From the sequence record NC_049948.1: a stretch of 50,126 nucleotides of DNA. One strand, written 5' to 3'. The position numbers and the translations under genes were made by a program. Positions 40,149-50,019 of the stretch are shown in pieces. Position 1 is the stretch's first letter; the number at the start of each line of letters is the position of its first letter. Under the pieces are notes generated by a model. It had not been told where the DNA came from, searched no databases, and was given only the letters and a program-made list of their open reading frames with translations. The stretch comes from Escherichia phage ev017.

Positions 40149-40445
40149 ATGGAAAGAACAAGTTACAGCAAACTATCACAGCGTGACGTTGATCGCGCAG
40201 AAACAGATTTACTTATCAATCTGTCAGCTATTACCCAGCGCGGTCTGGCAAAGATGATTGGCTGTCATGAATCGAAGATAAGCAGAACGGACTGGAGATT
40301 TATTGCTTCGGTCTTGTGTGCTTTCGGAATGGCATCAGACATCAGTCCGATTAGCAGGGCTTTTAAGTATGCGCTTGATGGACTCACCAATAAAAAACGC
40401 CCGGCGGCAACCGAGCGTTCTGAACAAATCCAGATGGAATTCTGA
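40149..40445 (+). CDS. cII: Transcriptional activator CII
   Basis: 98-aa ORF; C-terminal LTNKKRPAATERSEQIQMEF matches lambda CII, N-terminus divergent. Confidence 0.85.
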   Translation: MERTSYSKLSQRDVDRAETDLLINLSAITQRGLAKMIGCHESKISRTDWRFIASVLCAFGMASDISPISRAFKYALDGLTNKKRPAATERSEQIQMEF

Positions 40446-40477
40446 GGTCATTACTGGATCAATCCACAGGAGTCATT

Positions 40478-41377
40478 ATGACAAATACAGCAAAAATACT
40501 CAACTTCTGCAGAGGTAACTTTGCCAAACAGGAGCGTAATGTGGCAGATCTCGATGATGGTTACGCCAGACTATCAAATATGCTGCTTGAGGCTTATTCA
40601 GGCGCAGATCTGACCAAGCGACAGTTTAAAGTGCTGCTTGCCATTCTGCGTAAAACCTATGGATGGAATAAACCAATGGACAGAATCACCGATTCTCAAC
40701 TTAGCGAGATTACAAAGTTACCCGTCAAACGGTGCAATGAAGCCAAGTTAGAACTCGTCAGAATGAATATTATCAAGCAGCAAGGCGGCATGTTTGGACC
40801 AAATAAAAACATCTCAGAATGGTGTATCCCTCAAAACGAGGGAAAATCCCCTAAAACGAGGGATAAAACATCCCTCAAATTGGGGGATTGCTATCCCTCA
40901 AAACAGGGGGACACAAAAGACACTATTACAAAAGAAAAAAGAAAAGATTATTCGTCAGAGAATTCTGGCGAATCCTCTGACCAGCCAGAAAACGACCTTT
41001 CTGTGGTGAAACCGGATGCTGCAATTCAGAGCGGCAGCAAGTGGGGGACAGCAGAAGACCTGACCGCCGCAGAATGGATGTTTGACATGGTGAAGACCAT
41101 CGCGCCATCAGCCAGAAAACCGAATTTTGCAGGGTGGGCTAACGATATCCGCCTGATGCGTGAACGTGACGGACGTAACCATCGCGACATGTGTGTACTG
41201 TTCCGCTGGGCATGCCAGGACAACTTCTGGTCCGGTAACGTGCTGAGCCCGGCCAAACTCCGCGACAAGTGGACCCAGCTCGAAATCAACCGTAACAAGC
41301 AACAGGCAGGTGTGACAGCCTGCAAACCAAAACTCGACCTGACAAACACTGACTGGATTTACGGGGTGGATTTATGA
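40478..41377 (+). CDS. O: Replication initiator O
   Basis: 299-aa ORF near-identical to lambda O; contains ori iterons. Confidence 0.95.
   Translation: MTNTAKILNFCRGNFAKQERNVADLDDGYARLSNMLLEAYSGADLTKRQFKVLLAILRKTYGWNKPMDRITDSQLSEITKLPVKRCNEAKLELVRMNIIKQQGGMFGPNKNISEWCIPQNEGKSPKTRDKTSLKLGDCYPSKQGDTKDTITKEKRKDYSSENSGESSDQPENDLSVVKPDAAIQSGSKWGTAEDLTAAEWMFDMVKTIAPSARKPNFAGWANDIRLMRERDGRNHRDMCVLFRWACQDNFWSGNVLSPAKLRDKWTQLEINRNKQQAGVTACKPKLDLTNTDWIYGVDL
40825..40950 (+). promoter_or_regulatory. ori: ori-lambda-type replication origin (four iterons plus AT-rich region) inside O
   Basis: Four ~18-20-bp ATCCCTCAAAACGAGGGA-type repeats followed by an A-rich tract. Confidence 0.85.
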
Positions 41378-42075
41378 AAAACATCGCCGCACAGATGGTT
41401 AATTTTGACCGTGAGCAGATGCGTCGGATCGCCAACAACATGCCGGAACAGTACGACGAAAAGCCGCAGGTACAGCAGGTAGCGCAGATCATCAACGGTG
41501 TGTTCAGCCAGTTACTGGCAACTTTCCCGGCGAGTCTGGCTAACCGTGACCAGAACGAACTGAACGAAATCCGCCGCCAGTGGGTTCTGGCTTTCCGGGA
41601 AAACGGGATCACCACAATGGAACAGGTTAACGCAGGAATGCGCGTAGCCCGTCGGCAGAATCGACCATTTCTGCCATCACCCGGGCAGTTTGTTGCATGG
41701 TGCCGGGAAGAAGCATCCGTTATCGCCGGACTGCCAAACGTCAGCGAGCTGGTTGATATGGTTTACGAGTATTGCCGGAAGCGAGGCCTGTATCCGGATG
41801 CAGAGTCTTATCCGTGGAAATCGAACGCGCACTACTGGCTGGTTACCAACCTGTACCAGAACATGCGGGCCAATGCGCTGACTGACGCGGAATTACGACG
41901 CAAGGCTGCCGATGAACTGACCTGTATGACAGCGCGAATTAACCGTGGTGAGACGATACCTGAACCAGTAAAACAACTTCCTGTCATGGGCGGCAGACCT
42001 CTAAATCGTGTTCAGGCGCTGGCGAAGATCGCAGAAATTAAAGCTAAGTTAGGACTGAAAGGAGCAAGTGTATGA
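41374..42075 (+). CDS. P: Replication protein P (DnaB helicase loader)
   Basis: 233-aa ORF near-identical to lambda P. Confidence 0.95.
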   Translation: MKNIAAQMVNFDREQMRRIANNMPEQYDEKPQVQQVAQIINGVFSQLLATFPASLANRDQNELNEIRRQWVLAFRENGITTMEQVNAGMRVARRQNRPFLPSPGQFVAWCREEASVIAGLPNVSELVDMVYEYCRKRGLYPDAESYPWKSNAHYWLVTNLYQNMRANALTDAELRRKAADELTCMTARINRGETIPEPVKQLPVMGGRPLNRVQALAKIAEIKAKLGLKGASV

Positions 42076-42362
42076 CGGGCAAAGAGGCAATTATTCATTA
42101 CCTGGGGACGCATAATAGCTTCTGTGCGCCGGACGTTGCCGCGCTAACAGGCGCAACAGTAACCAGCATAAATCAGGCCGCGGCTAAAATGGCACGGGCA
42201 GGTCTTCTGGTTATCGAAGGTAAGGTCTGGCGAACGGTGTATTACCGGTTTGCTACCAAGGAAGAACGGGAAGGAAAGATGAGCACGAACCTGATTTTTA
42301 AGGAGTGTCGCCAGAGTGCCACGATGAAACGGATATTGGCGGTATATGGAGTTAAAAGATGA
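42072..42362 (+). CDS. ren: Ren protein
   Basis: 96-aa ORF matching lambda Ren. Confidence 0.9.
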   Translation: MTGKEAIIHYLGTHNSFCAPDVAALTGATVTSINQAAAKMARAGLLVIEGKVWRTVYYRFATKEEREGKMSTNLIFKECRQSATMKRILAVYGVKR

Positions 42363-42387
42363 CCATCTACATCACTGAGCTAATAAC

Positions 42388-42418
42388 AGGCCTGCAGGTA
42401 ATCGCAGGCCTTTTTATT
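42388..42418 (+). terminator. tR2-like rho-independent terminator
   Basis: AGGCCTGC-loop-GCAGGCCT stem followed by TTTTTATTT. Confidence 0.65.
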
Positions 42419-42435
42419 TGGGGGAGAGGGAAGTC

Positions 42436-42876
42436 ATGAAAAAACTAACCTTTGAAATTCGATCTCCGGCACATCAGCAAAACGCTATTCACGCAGTACA
42501 GCAAATCCTTCCAGACCCAACCAAACCAATCGTAGTAACCATTCAGGAACGCAACCGCAGCTTAGACCAAAACAGGAAGCTATGGGCCTGCTTAGGTGAC
42601 GTCTCTCGTCAGGTTGAATGGCATGGTCGCTGGCTGGATGCAGAAAGCTGGAAGTGTGTGTTTACCGCAGCATTAAAGCAGCAGGATGTTGTTCCTAACC
42701 TTGCCGGGAATGGCTTTGTGGTAATAGGCCAGTCAACCAGCAGGATGCGTGTAAGCGAATTTGCGGAGCTATTAGAGCTTATACAGGCATTCGGTACAGA
42801 GCGTGGCGTTAAGTGGTCAGACGAAGCGCGACTGGCTCTCGAATGGAAAGCGCGATGGGGAGATCGGGCTGCATGA
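42436..42876 (+). CDS. ninB: NinB (Orf family recombination protein)
   Basis: From MKKLTFEIRSPAHQQNAIHAVQQILPDPTKP matching lambda NinB. Confidence 0.9.
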   Translation: MKKLTFEIRSPAHQQNAIHAVQQILPDPTKPIVVTIQERNRSLDQNRKLWACLGDVSRQVEWHGRWLDAESWKCVFTAALKQQDVVPNLAGNGFVVIGQSTSRMRVSEFAELLELIQAFGTERGVKWSDEARLALEWKARWGDRAA

Positions 42877-43400
42877 CTATCAAATCAAATACGCCAGCAC
42901 ACGACAAGGACTGCTGGCAAACGCCGCTTTGGCTTTTTGATGCACTGGATATTGAGTTTGGATTCTGGCTGGATTCGGCAGCGAGCGACAAAAATGCTCT
43001 GTGCGCTCACTGGCTAACTGAGGACGACGACGCGCTCAATTCTGAGTGGGTAAGCCACGGTGCAATCTGGAATAACCCACCGTACAGCAATATCAGGCCG
43101 TGGGTGGAAAAAGCCGCTGAGCAGTGTATACAACAGCGACAGACGGTAGTGATGCTTGTGCCAGAGGATATGTCTGTCGGATGGTTCAGCAAGGCTCTGG
43201 AGAGTGTTGACGAAGTTCGTATTATCACTGATGGACGGATTAATTTTATCGAACCATCGACAGGGCTGGAGAAGAAGGGAAACAGCAAAGGCTCCATGCT
43301 GCTGATTTGGCGACCGTTCATCAGTCCTCGACGGATGTTTACTACCGTATCCAAAGCGGCATTGATGGCGATCGGGCAGGGCGTCAGGAGGGCTGCATGA
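42873..43400 (+). CDS. Phage DNA N6-adenine methyltransferase (orphan)
   Basis: ORF 42813-43400; from Met at 42873; NPPY motif (IWNNPPYSN); no adjacent restriction endonuclease. Confidence 0.75.
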   Translation: MTIKSNTPAHDKDCWQTPLWLFDALDIEFGFWLDSAASDKNALCAHWLTEDDDALNSEWVSHGAIWNNPPYSNIRPWVEKAAEQCIQQRQTVVMLVPEDMSVGWFSKALESVDEVRIITDGRINFIEPSTGLEKKGNSKGSMLLIWRPFISPRRMFTTVSKAALMAIGQGVRRAA

Positions 43401-43573
43401 GACGACAGCGACGAAGCATCACCGACATAATCTGCGAAAACTGCAAATACCTTCCAACGAAACGCTCCAGAAATAAACGCAAGCTAATCCCAAAAGAATC
43501 TGACGTAAAAACCTTCAATTACACAGCCCACCTGTGGGATATCCGGTGGCTAAGATATCGTGCGAGGAAATGA
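43397..43573 (+). CDS. ninE: NinE
   Basis: [29 protein letters not shown]...[14 protein letters not shown] matches lambda NinE. Confidence 0.8.
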   Translation: MRRQRRSITDIICENCKYLPTKRSRNKRKLIPKESDVKTFNYTAHLWDIRWLRYRARK

Positions 43574-43917
43574 CAATGGATTATTCACAGTTAAGTGATT
43601 TTGAAATTAACAGAATGGTAGGAGACATAATTTTTAAAGGCCTTTGGGCAAGTAAACCGGAAACATCAGGGAATAACACCAACAAATGGTATTACGGAAA
43701 TGCTGATACAACTTTTGAGCCATTAAATCATTTGCCTGACTACTGCAATGATCCGAGCGCTTCATGGCCGATTATTGAGAAATACAGGATTTCTATCTTA
43801 GACCAGTTAACTGAATGGTGTGTGGATGCAAAAGGCGTAAGCCCAATATTTGATACCAGACCTCTCCGCGCCGCCATGATTGTCTTTCTCCTGATGCAGG
43901 AGGCCAATAATGCTTAG
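43570..43917 (+). CDS. Hypothetical nin-region protein
   Basis: ORF 43534-43917; probable start MTMDYS/MDYS at 43570-43576. Confidence 0.5.
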   Translation: MTMDYSQLSDFEINRMVGDIIFKGLWASKPETSGNNTNKWYYGNADTTFEPLNHLPDYCNDPSASWPIIEKYRISILDQLTEWCVDAKGVSPIFDTRPLRAAMIVFLLMQEANNA

Positions 43918-44104
43918 CCCATCTCAATCCCTTCAATACCTGAAAGAAAGCATAGAGCGGGCTTCAATGTGCACAGAGTGGATTCTATCTAGGTTTAGCG
44001 CATACAGAAGATTGCCGGTAAAGGGCATGCCAAGCAAGTCGATGCTGCATATGCAAAAGAATGCGCGCTGGAAGGTATGGCGAGAACACAGGTTATGTGG
44101 CTGA
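43910..44104 (+). CDS. ninF: NinF-like protein (N-terminus lambda-like, remainder divergent)
   Basis: [16 protein letters not shown] matches the lambda NinF N-terminus; the rest lacks the Cys-rich motif. Confidence 0.5.
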   Translation: MLSPSQSLQYLKESIERASMCTEWILSRFSAYRRLPVKGMPSKSMLHMQKNARWKVWREHRLCG

Positions 44105-44123
44105 AAGAGGGGGTTATTAAGGC

Positions 44124-44486
44124 GTGAATACCTACAGCATCACATTACCCTGGCCTCCGAGCAATAATCGCTATTACCGCCATAATCGCGGGCGCACGCA
44201 CGTCAGCGCAGAGGGGCAGGCATACCGCGATAACGTCGCCCGAATCATTAAAAACGCAATGCTGGATATCGGCCTGGCTATGCCTGTGAAAATCCGCATT
44301 GAGTGCCACATGCCGGATCGCCGTCGCCGTGACCTGGATAATCTGCAAAAAGCCGCTTTTGACGCACTCACTAAAGCAGGTTTCTGGCTGGATGATGCTC
44401 AGGTCGTTGATTACCGCGTTGTGAAGATGCCTGTTACCAAAGGTGGGAGGCTGGAACTGACCATCACCGAAATGGGGAATGAATGA
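44124..44486 (+). CDS. rusA: Holliday junction resolvase RusA
   Basis: 120-aa [21 protein letters not shown]... matching E. coli prophage RusA. Confidence 0.92.
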   Translation: MNTYSITLPWPPSNNRYYRHNRGRTHVSAEGQAYRDNVARIIKNAMLDIGLAMPVKIRIECHMPDRRRRDLDNLQKAAFDALTKAGFWLDDAQVVDYRVVKMPVTKGGRLELTITEMGNE

Positions 44487-44623
44487 TGTTTGAGTTTAAT
44501 ATGGCAGAACTTCTTCGCCACCGCTGGGGGCGTCTGCGCTTATATCGTTTCCTCGGTTCTGTTTTGACCGATTACCGAATACTGAAGAATTACGCCAAAA
44601 CCCTGACAGGAACAGGAGTATGA
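44483..44623 (+). CDS. ylcG: YlcG-like small protein
   Basis: 46-codon [26 protein letters not shown]... overlapping the rusA stop; same position as ylcG in DLP12; below ORF-track cutoff. Confidence 0.55.
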   Translation: MMFEFNMAELLRHRWGRLRLYRFLGSVLTDYRILKNYAKTLTGTGV

Positions 44624-44708
44624 AGTCAGAGATAACAATCAACTAATACTGTTTTGTTGATTTTTGCTTGTAATTGGCGTTCTGGTCTGATTTTTGTGGA
44701 GTAAGTTG

Positions 44709-45092
44709 ATGCGTGATATTCAGATGGTTCTTGAGCGTTGGGGTGCGTGGGCGGCTAATAATCATGAAGATGTGACCTGGTCGTCCATTGCCGCCGGTTT
44801 TAAGGGATTAATTCCTTCAAAAGTAAAATCTCGCCCGCAATGTTGTGACGATGACGCGATGATCATTTGCGGGTGCATGGCCCGTCTGAAAAAGAACAAC
44901 AGCGATTTACACGATTTATTAGTAGATTATTATGTATGTGGTATGACATTCATGTCACTGGCAAGTAAGCATTGCTGCTCGGATGGTTATATCGGGAAAA
45001 GGTTACAGAAGGCTGAGGGCATAATTGAAGGGATGTTAATGGCATTAGATATCCGGTTAGATATGGATATCGTTGCTAATAATTCTAATTGA
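44709..45092 (+). CDS. Q: Late-gene antiterminator Q (QuuD/phage-82-type)
   Basis: ORF 44694-45092; Met at 44709; 127 aa, Cys-rich; immediately upstream of late promoter region and lysis genes. Confidence 0.75.
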   Translation: MRDIQMVLERWGAWAANNHEDVTWSSIAAGFKGLIPSKVKSRPQCCDDDAMIICGCMARLKKNNSDLHDLLVDYYVCGMTFMSLASKHCCSDGYIGKRLQKAEGIIEGMLMALDIRLDMDIVANNSN

Positions 45093-45233
45093 TATGCAAT
45101 TGTTTACTAAAAGTTATTAAAAATGGGGCGTGGAAACGCCCCCAAAATAAAGGGTAATATATAACAGAAGGTTTATATAGTAAGAAGCAAGGTAGTGCTT
45201 CTAAAGGAAGTGGCTTGAGGGCTCCACTTATAT

Positions 45234-45270
45234 GTTGCGGAGGCAAAGCCTCCCGCAACATATCTTTTTC
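45234..45270 (+). terminator. tR'-like rho-independent terminator downstream of Q (PR'/qut region 45093-45233)
   Basis: GTTGCGGAGGC-AAAG-CCTCCCGCAAC hairpin followed by a T-run; a second hairpin GGGGCGTGGAAACGCCCC at about 45124. Confidence 0.6.
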
Positions 45271-45280
45271 GTAAGTCAGA

Positions 45281-46363
45281 TTAGAACTGATAAACCAGAC
45301 CTACAGCGACGATGTCGTCGGTATCAATACCAGCTGTTTTGGTAAACTTACTATCGTCAATTAAGTTGATTTTGTAATCAACAAAAGTGGACATGTTTTT
45401 ATTAAAGTAGTAAGTAGCACCGACATCGACATACTTGACTAAGTCTCGGTCACCATGAACACCAAGGTCTTTACCTTTTGACTGAAGGTAAGCAACAGAT
45501 GGACGCAGACCGAAGTCAAACTGATATTGTGCTACTGCTTCAAAGTTTTGTGCTTTGTTTGCAATATGGTTATTACCAAAAACGGTCATATTCTGAGTTT
45601 CAGAATATGTGGTAGCCAGATAGATATTGTTCGCATCATATTTCAGGCCTGCAGCCCATACTTCCGCATTTTTGCCGGAGGCATTGAATTTGCTCTTACC
45701 ATAGGCGACCTGACCGTCAGTGCGATCTGATTTAGCATAGGTTGCACCCACGCCGAATCCTTCATACTCATAAGTAGTGGAGAAACCGAAACCATCACCA
45801 TTGGCTTCAGTTACGTCAGTGCGGTCATTTTTACCCTGATACTGAGCAGCAAAGTTCAGGCCATCGACCAGACCAAAGAAGTCGTTGTTACGATAAGTTG
45901 CAACACCAGTAGTGCGACCAGTCATGAACACATCTGTTTGGGTCCAGGTATCACCACCGAATTCTGGCAGAACGTCAGTCCACGCACCGATGTCGTATGC
46001 TACACCGTAGTTACGGCCGTAATCGATTGAGCCGTAATCACCAAATTTCAGGCCTGCAAATGCAAGACGGGTTTTGTCTTTGGAAGAACCTTGAGATTCA
46101 GCACGGTTGCCTTTGAATTCATATTCCCACTGACCGAAACCAGTCAGTTGATCGTTGATTTGGGTTTCACCTTTGAAGCCAAGACGGGCATAAGTAGTAT
46201 CACCATCATCTGCATCATTAGAGGAGAAGTAGTGCTTGGCATTAACTTTCCCGTATAGATCCAGCTTGTTACTGTCTTTATTATAAATTTCAGCTGCCTG
46301 AGCAGACATCGCCATCAGTACTGATGCAGCTACAGCAGAAATTGCCACTGTTAATTTTTTCAT
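45281..46363 (-). CDS. Outer-membrane porin (OmpC/NmpC/Lc family), phage-borne
   Basis: ORF 45281-46423; from [23 protein letters not shown] signal peptide; general porin repeats; C-terminal VGLVYQF with terminal Phe. Confidence 0.9.
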   Translation of the reverse strand: MKKLTVAISAVAASVLMAMSAQAAEIYNKDSNKLDLYGKVNAKHYFSSNDADDGDTTYARLGFKGETQINDQLTGFGQWEYEFKGNRAESQGSSKDKTRLAFAGLKFGDYGSIDYGRNYGVAYDIGAWTDVLPEFGGDTWTQTDVFMTGRTTGVATYRNNDFFGLVDGLNFAAQYQGKNDRTDVTEANGDGFGFSTTYEYEGFGVGATYAKSDRTDGQVAYGKSKFNASGKNAEVWAAGLKYDANNIYLATTYSETQNMTVFGNNHIANKAQNFEAVAQYQFDFGLRPSVAYLQSKGKDLGVHGDRDLVKYVDVGATYYFNKNMSTFVDYKINLIDDSKFTKTAGIDTDDIVAVGLVYQF

Positions 46364-46951
46364 TGTACGCCCTTTTTTTGAACTTTTATTAAAAAATGAT
46401 GTCACTGCGCGATAAATATTCATCTAATCAATGTGATTATTTCAAGATGTAAGTTTTAGTTTCTCATTTAATTTGTGAAGTAGATCTCTATTTTTATCTG
46501 AACCTTTTCTATCTAATCCTATTCATGGCTCTTGTCTGAACAAAAATAAATCTATTAGCTAATTTATATTAATGGCACTTATTTATAAGTGCTCTATAAT
46601 TCTTTAGCTTAATTTAAACAAACTAAAAATAACATCGGAAATTATTAACTGGTTATTTGTTGAAGTTTTCTTATGCATTTGTGGTGGTGTTTTGAACACT
46701 CGGTGGCATTCTCACAAATATCATTTAGTAGTTTACGTACGTAAAAAATTGGTTATGCTGTTAAGAGTGGTTACTTCGTCACACAGCTTAAACCCGCCGT
46801 CGAGCGGGTTTTTCCATTTTTTGAGTCTCGATATTAGCTGATAACCCAATACCTGAGTTATTCACTGACTCCGAATCTGTTACGTTTCTGCCTTTATTGC
46901 GATACGTAGTATCCCCTTAATTTACACCCGCTTTGTCTGCGAGGTGGGGTT

Positions 46952-47167
46952 ATGAAATCCATGGATAAGTTAACAACGGGTGTCGCCTATGGTACCTCAG
47001 CAGGTAGTGCCGGGTACTGGTTTTTACAGTTGCTCGATAAAGTCACGCCCTCACAGTGGGCGGCAATAGGTGTGCTGGGTAGCCTGGTATTTGGCCTGCT
47101 GACGTACCTGACAAACCTTTATTTCAAGATTAAAGAAGATAAGCGCAAGGCTGCGAGAGGTGAATAA
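46952..47167 (+). CDS. S: Pinholin (S21-type holin)
   Basis: 71-aa two-TMD protein [26 protein letters not shown]... matching phage 21 S. Confidence 0.88.
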
Positions 47168-47664
47168 TGCCTCCATCATTACGAAAAGCCGTTGCTGCTG
47201 CTATTGGTGGCGGAGCAATTGCTATAGCATCAGTGTTAATCACTGGCCCAAGTGGTAACGATGGTCTGGAAGGTGTCAGCTACATACCATACAAAGATAT
47301 TGTTGGTGTATGGACTGTATGTCACGGGCATACAGGAAAAGACATCATGCTCGGTAAAACGTATACCAAAGCAGAATGCAAAGCCCTCCTGAATAAAGAC
47401 CTTGCCACGGTCGCCAGACAAATTAACCCGTACATCAAAGTCGATATACCGGAAACAATGCGCGGCGCTCTTTACTCATTCGTTTACAACGTGGGTGCTG
47501 GCAATTTCAGAACATCGACGCTTCTTCGCAAAATAAACCAGGGCGATATCAAAGGCGCATGTGATCAGCTACGTCGCTGGACATATGCTGGCGGTAAGCA
47601 ATGGAAAGGTCTCATGACTCGTCGTGAGATTGAGCGTGAAATCTGTTTGTGGGGTCAGCAATGA
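47167..47664 (+). CDS. R: SAR endolysin (R21-type lysozyme)
   Basis: 165 aa; N-terminal Gly/Ala-rich signal-anchor-release domain followed by lysozyme-like domain. Confidence 0.88.
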   Translation: MPPSLRKAVAAAIGGGAIAIASVLITGPSGNDGLEGVSYIPYKDIVGVWTVCHGHTGKDIMLGKTYTKAECKALLNKDLATVARQINPYIKVDIPETMRGALYSFVYNVGAGNFRTSTLLRKINQGDIKGACDQLRRWTYAGGKQWKGLMTRREIEREICLWGQQ

Positions 47665-48122
47665 ACAGAGTAACCGCGATTATCTCCGCTCTGGTTATCT
47701 GCATCATCGTCTGCCTGTCATGGGCTGTTAATCATTACCGTGATAACGCCATTACCTACAAAGCCCAGCGCGACAAAAATGCCAGAGAACTGACGCTGGC
47801 GAACGCGGCAATTACTGACATACAGATGCGTCAGCGTGATGTTGCTGCGCTCGATGCAAAATACACGAAGGAGTTAGCTGATGCGAAAGCTGAAAATGAT
47901 GCTCTGCGTGATGATGTTGCCGCTGGTCGTCGTCGGTTGCACATCAAAGCAGTCTGTCAGTCAGTGCGTGAAGCCACCACCGCCTCCAGCGTGGATAATG
48001 CAGCCTCCCCCCGACTGGCAGACACCGCTGAACGGGATTATTTCACCCTCAGAGAGAGGCTGATCACTATGCAAAAACAACTGGAAGGAACCCAGAAGTA
48101 TATTAATGAGCAGTGCAGATAG
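47649..48122 (+). CDS. Rz: Spanin inner-membrane subunit Rz
   Basis: 157 aa; N-terminal TMD and coiled-coil; overlaps endolysin stop. Confidence 0.85.
   Translation: MGSAMNRVTAIISALVICIIVCLSWAVNHYRDNAITYKAQRDKNARELTLANAAITDIQMRQRDVAALDAKYTKELADAKAENDALRDDVAAGRRRLHIKAVCQSVREATTASSVDNAASPRLADTAERDYFTLRERLITMQKQLEGTQKYINEQCR
47881..48063 (+). CDS. Rz1: Spanin outer-membrane lipoprotein subunit Rz1 (embedded in Rz, +1 frame)
   Basis: 60 aa; lipobox LPLVVVGC; Pro-rich; entirely within Rz. Confidence 0.85.
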   Translation: MRKLKMMLCVMMLPLVVVGCTSKQSVSQCVKPPPPPAWIMQPPPDWQTPLNGIISPSERG

Positions 48123-48153
48123 AGCTGCCCATATCGATGGGCAACTCATGCAA

Positions 48154-48447
48154 TTATTGTGAGCAATACACACGCTCTTCCAGCGGAGTATAAATGCCTA
48201 AAGTAATAAAACCGAGCAATCCATTTACGAATGTTTGCTGGGTTTCTGTTTTAACAACATTTTCTGCACCACCACAAATTTTTGCTGCATCGACAGTTTT
48301 CTTCTGCCCAATTCCCGAAACGAAGAAATGATGGGTGATGGTTTCCTTTGGTGTTACTGCTGTAGGTTTGTTTCCAACAGTAAACGTCTGTTGAGCACAT
48401 CCTGTAATAAGCATTGCCAGAGCGGCAGAAAACAACATTTTTTTCAT
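48154..48447 (-). CDS. bor: Bor-like lipoprotein (serum resistance)
   Basis: ORF 48154-48495; from MKKMLFSAALAMLITGCAQQTFTV... matching lambda Bor. Confidence 0.88.
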   Translation of the reverse strand: MKKMLFSAALAMLITGCAQQTFTVGNKPTAVTPKETITHHFFVSGIGQKKTVDAAKICGGAENVVKTETQQTFVNGLLGFITLGIYTPLEERVYCSQ

Positions 48448-48927
48448 CTTATTATCCTGCATTGTTAAAAACGGCAGAATCCTATGTGACAACAATTAAA
48501 CGATAGTTAAATGGATTGATGAAAATTAAAACTACACAGGTGGGCTCAGACTATTGGAGGAAGTTGGGGACACTCAGAATCCTGTGGAATGAAATAAACC
48601 GGTCTATCCGTCCATTACCCTTTTAGCTGCGCTGTATCGTCGCCGTATTCCCGCATTAACCATGACCGTAGCCCGACGGGGAATTCCTTCTGCGTGAGTG
48701 TGCGGGAATAATTAAAAACGATGCACACCGGGTTTTTACCGCGTTAATGATTCGCGGGTTTATCCCGGTGCGATGGTGGAAGAAACAGGAAGCTGTATTA
48801 CAGAAAGTGCTACTACTGTATCCCGATGCGATGTATGTAATGTGAGTCAGATAATGGCACAGGATGTGGTGATGTGGCAGTCTGGAACACAGGATATATT
48901 GTCAGAATAAGACCCGTAGGAATAAAA

Positions 48928-49254
48928 ATGAAAAGACGCCTTTTACTACTTTTTCTGTTATCTGTCCTGGCAGTGGGATGCTCGCAGCAAAAAGCTGATG
49001 AGCCCCGGCAATTAGTGACGGTGTATCCACGATATCCGGAATATGCTGCAGCAAATTATATCAAGGGGCTGGTTGAGGTTAAGTTCGATATTGGTGCTGA
49101 TGGGACTGTGACACGGATCGTTTTTCTCCGCTCAGAGCCTCATAATTTGTTTCGTGATGAAGTGGTGAAGGCCATGGCGAAATGGCGATTTGAAAAGAAT
49201 CGCCCCTGTCAGGGAGTGAAGAGACAATTTATCTTTACGCCGTCACGTCCTTGA
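48928..49254 (+). CDS. Putative lipoprotein with TonB C-terminal-like domain
   Basis: ORF 48874-49254; from MKRRLLLLFLLSVLAVGCS lipobox; YPRYPEYAAANYIKGLVEVKFDIGADGTV resembles a TonB-C fold motif. Confidence 0.55.
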   Translation: MKRRLLLLFLLSVLAVGCSQQKADEPRQLVTVYPRYPEYAAANYIKGLVEVKFDIGADGTVTRIVFLRSEPHNLFRDEVVKAMAKWRFEKNRPCQGVKRQFIFTPSRP

Positions 49255-49376
49255 TGCTTCCAGGTAGAGAGGGGCTGGAAGCAGGAGAAAAATGAAAGAG
49301 CCAGCGGTTATATTTTTGTCATGGCTGACGAGGAATGATGGAAGAAGGCGTTGTATGCCACACAACGCCTCACTGT

Positions 49377-49730
49377 TCATTTCTTCTTTTTCTCTGGTGG
49401 AACCCGATGAATAAGAGTTGCACTGGTTTCCGATGAGATGGCGATATACTCGGGCAAAGTATGCTGGCAGTTTTCCAACTGGTCAAAAATACCTGCTCTC
49501 GTCTGTTGCAATGCCTGCAGCATGCGGCGGCAATGCGCCTTGCTTTTACTAACCATCTTTCCTTCCTCTATCAGTCGCTGCGTGAACTCATCATGGAATA
49601 CCAGGTAAATGCGGATGTTATCGGTTTTGGCTACGCAGCATAGTACAAAACGGACAGGTGCATCCCGGGACGGGGGAGGCGTCACATGTCCCTGTGATGG
49701 TTGTTCCGGGTAATGTACTGTGTGGGGCAT
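49377..49730 (-). CDS. Hypothetical protein (possibly the C-terminal part of a frameshifted gene)
   Basis: 117-aa ORF overlapping the upstream minus-strand ORF by ~113 nt in a different frame. Confidence 0.3.
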   Translation of the reverse strand: MPHTVHYPEQPSQGHVTPPPSRDAPVRFVLCCVAKTDNIRIYLVFHDEFTQRLIEEGKMVSKSKAHCRRMLQALQQTRAGIFDQLENCQHTLPEYIAISSETSATLIHRVPPEKKKK

Positions 49731-49869
49731 AAAAATGTCCGATAATTTTACTTTCTACCGCAGTTAGTTGATTCGTTGGTCCTGGTAGCACATTGGGCGA
49801 GGATTTAAATGCCAGGCAACTGAAGGATGATGTCGCAAGGGAGATAGCGAGAATATTTCTGATTTTCAT
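49618..49869 (-). CDS. Hypothetical secreted small protein
   Basis: ORF 49618-49938; Met at 49869 starts a signal-peptide-like MKIRNILAISLATSSFSCLA; overlaps ORF 49377-49730 in another frame. Confidence 0.35.
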   Translation of the reverse strand: MKIRNILAISLATSSFSCLAFKSSPNVLPGPTNQLTAVESKIIGHFYAPHSTLPGTTITGTCDASPVPGCTCPFCTMLRSQNR

Positions 49870-50019
49870 TTGATGATGCCTCTGTGTGAAATGACGGTAA
49901 ACGACGCACTTGTGCCGGCACATAATAGCAAGCACCATAATAGATCAGATTCGATTCTTGCTGTAAGTGATAATTATTCTCGTTTTCGGGTCCTTTCCGT
50001 CGATCCAACAGGTTACGGG

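Noticed and set aside
40794-41009. 71-aa ORF within O spanning the ori iterons
   Set aside because: Alternative frame of the O gene across the iteron and A-rich region; the O frame is strongly supported.
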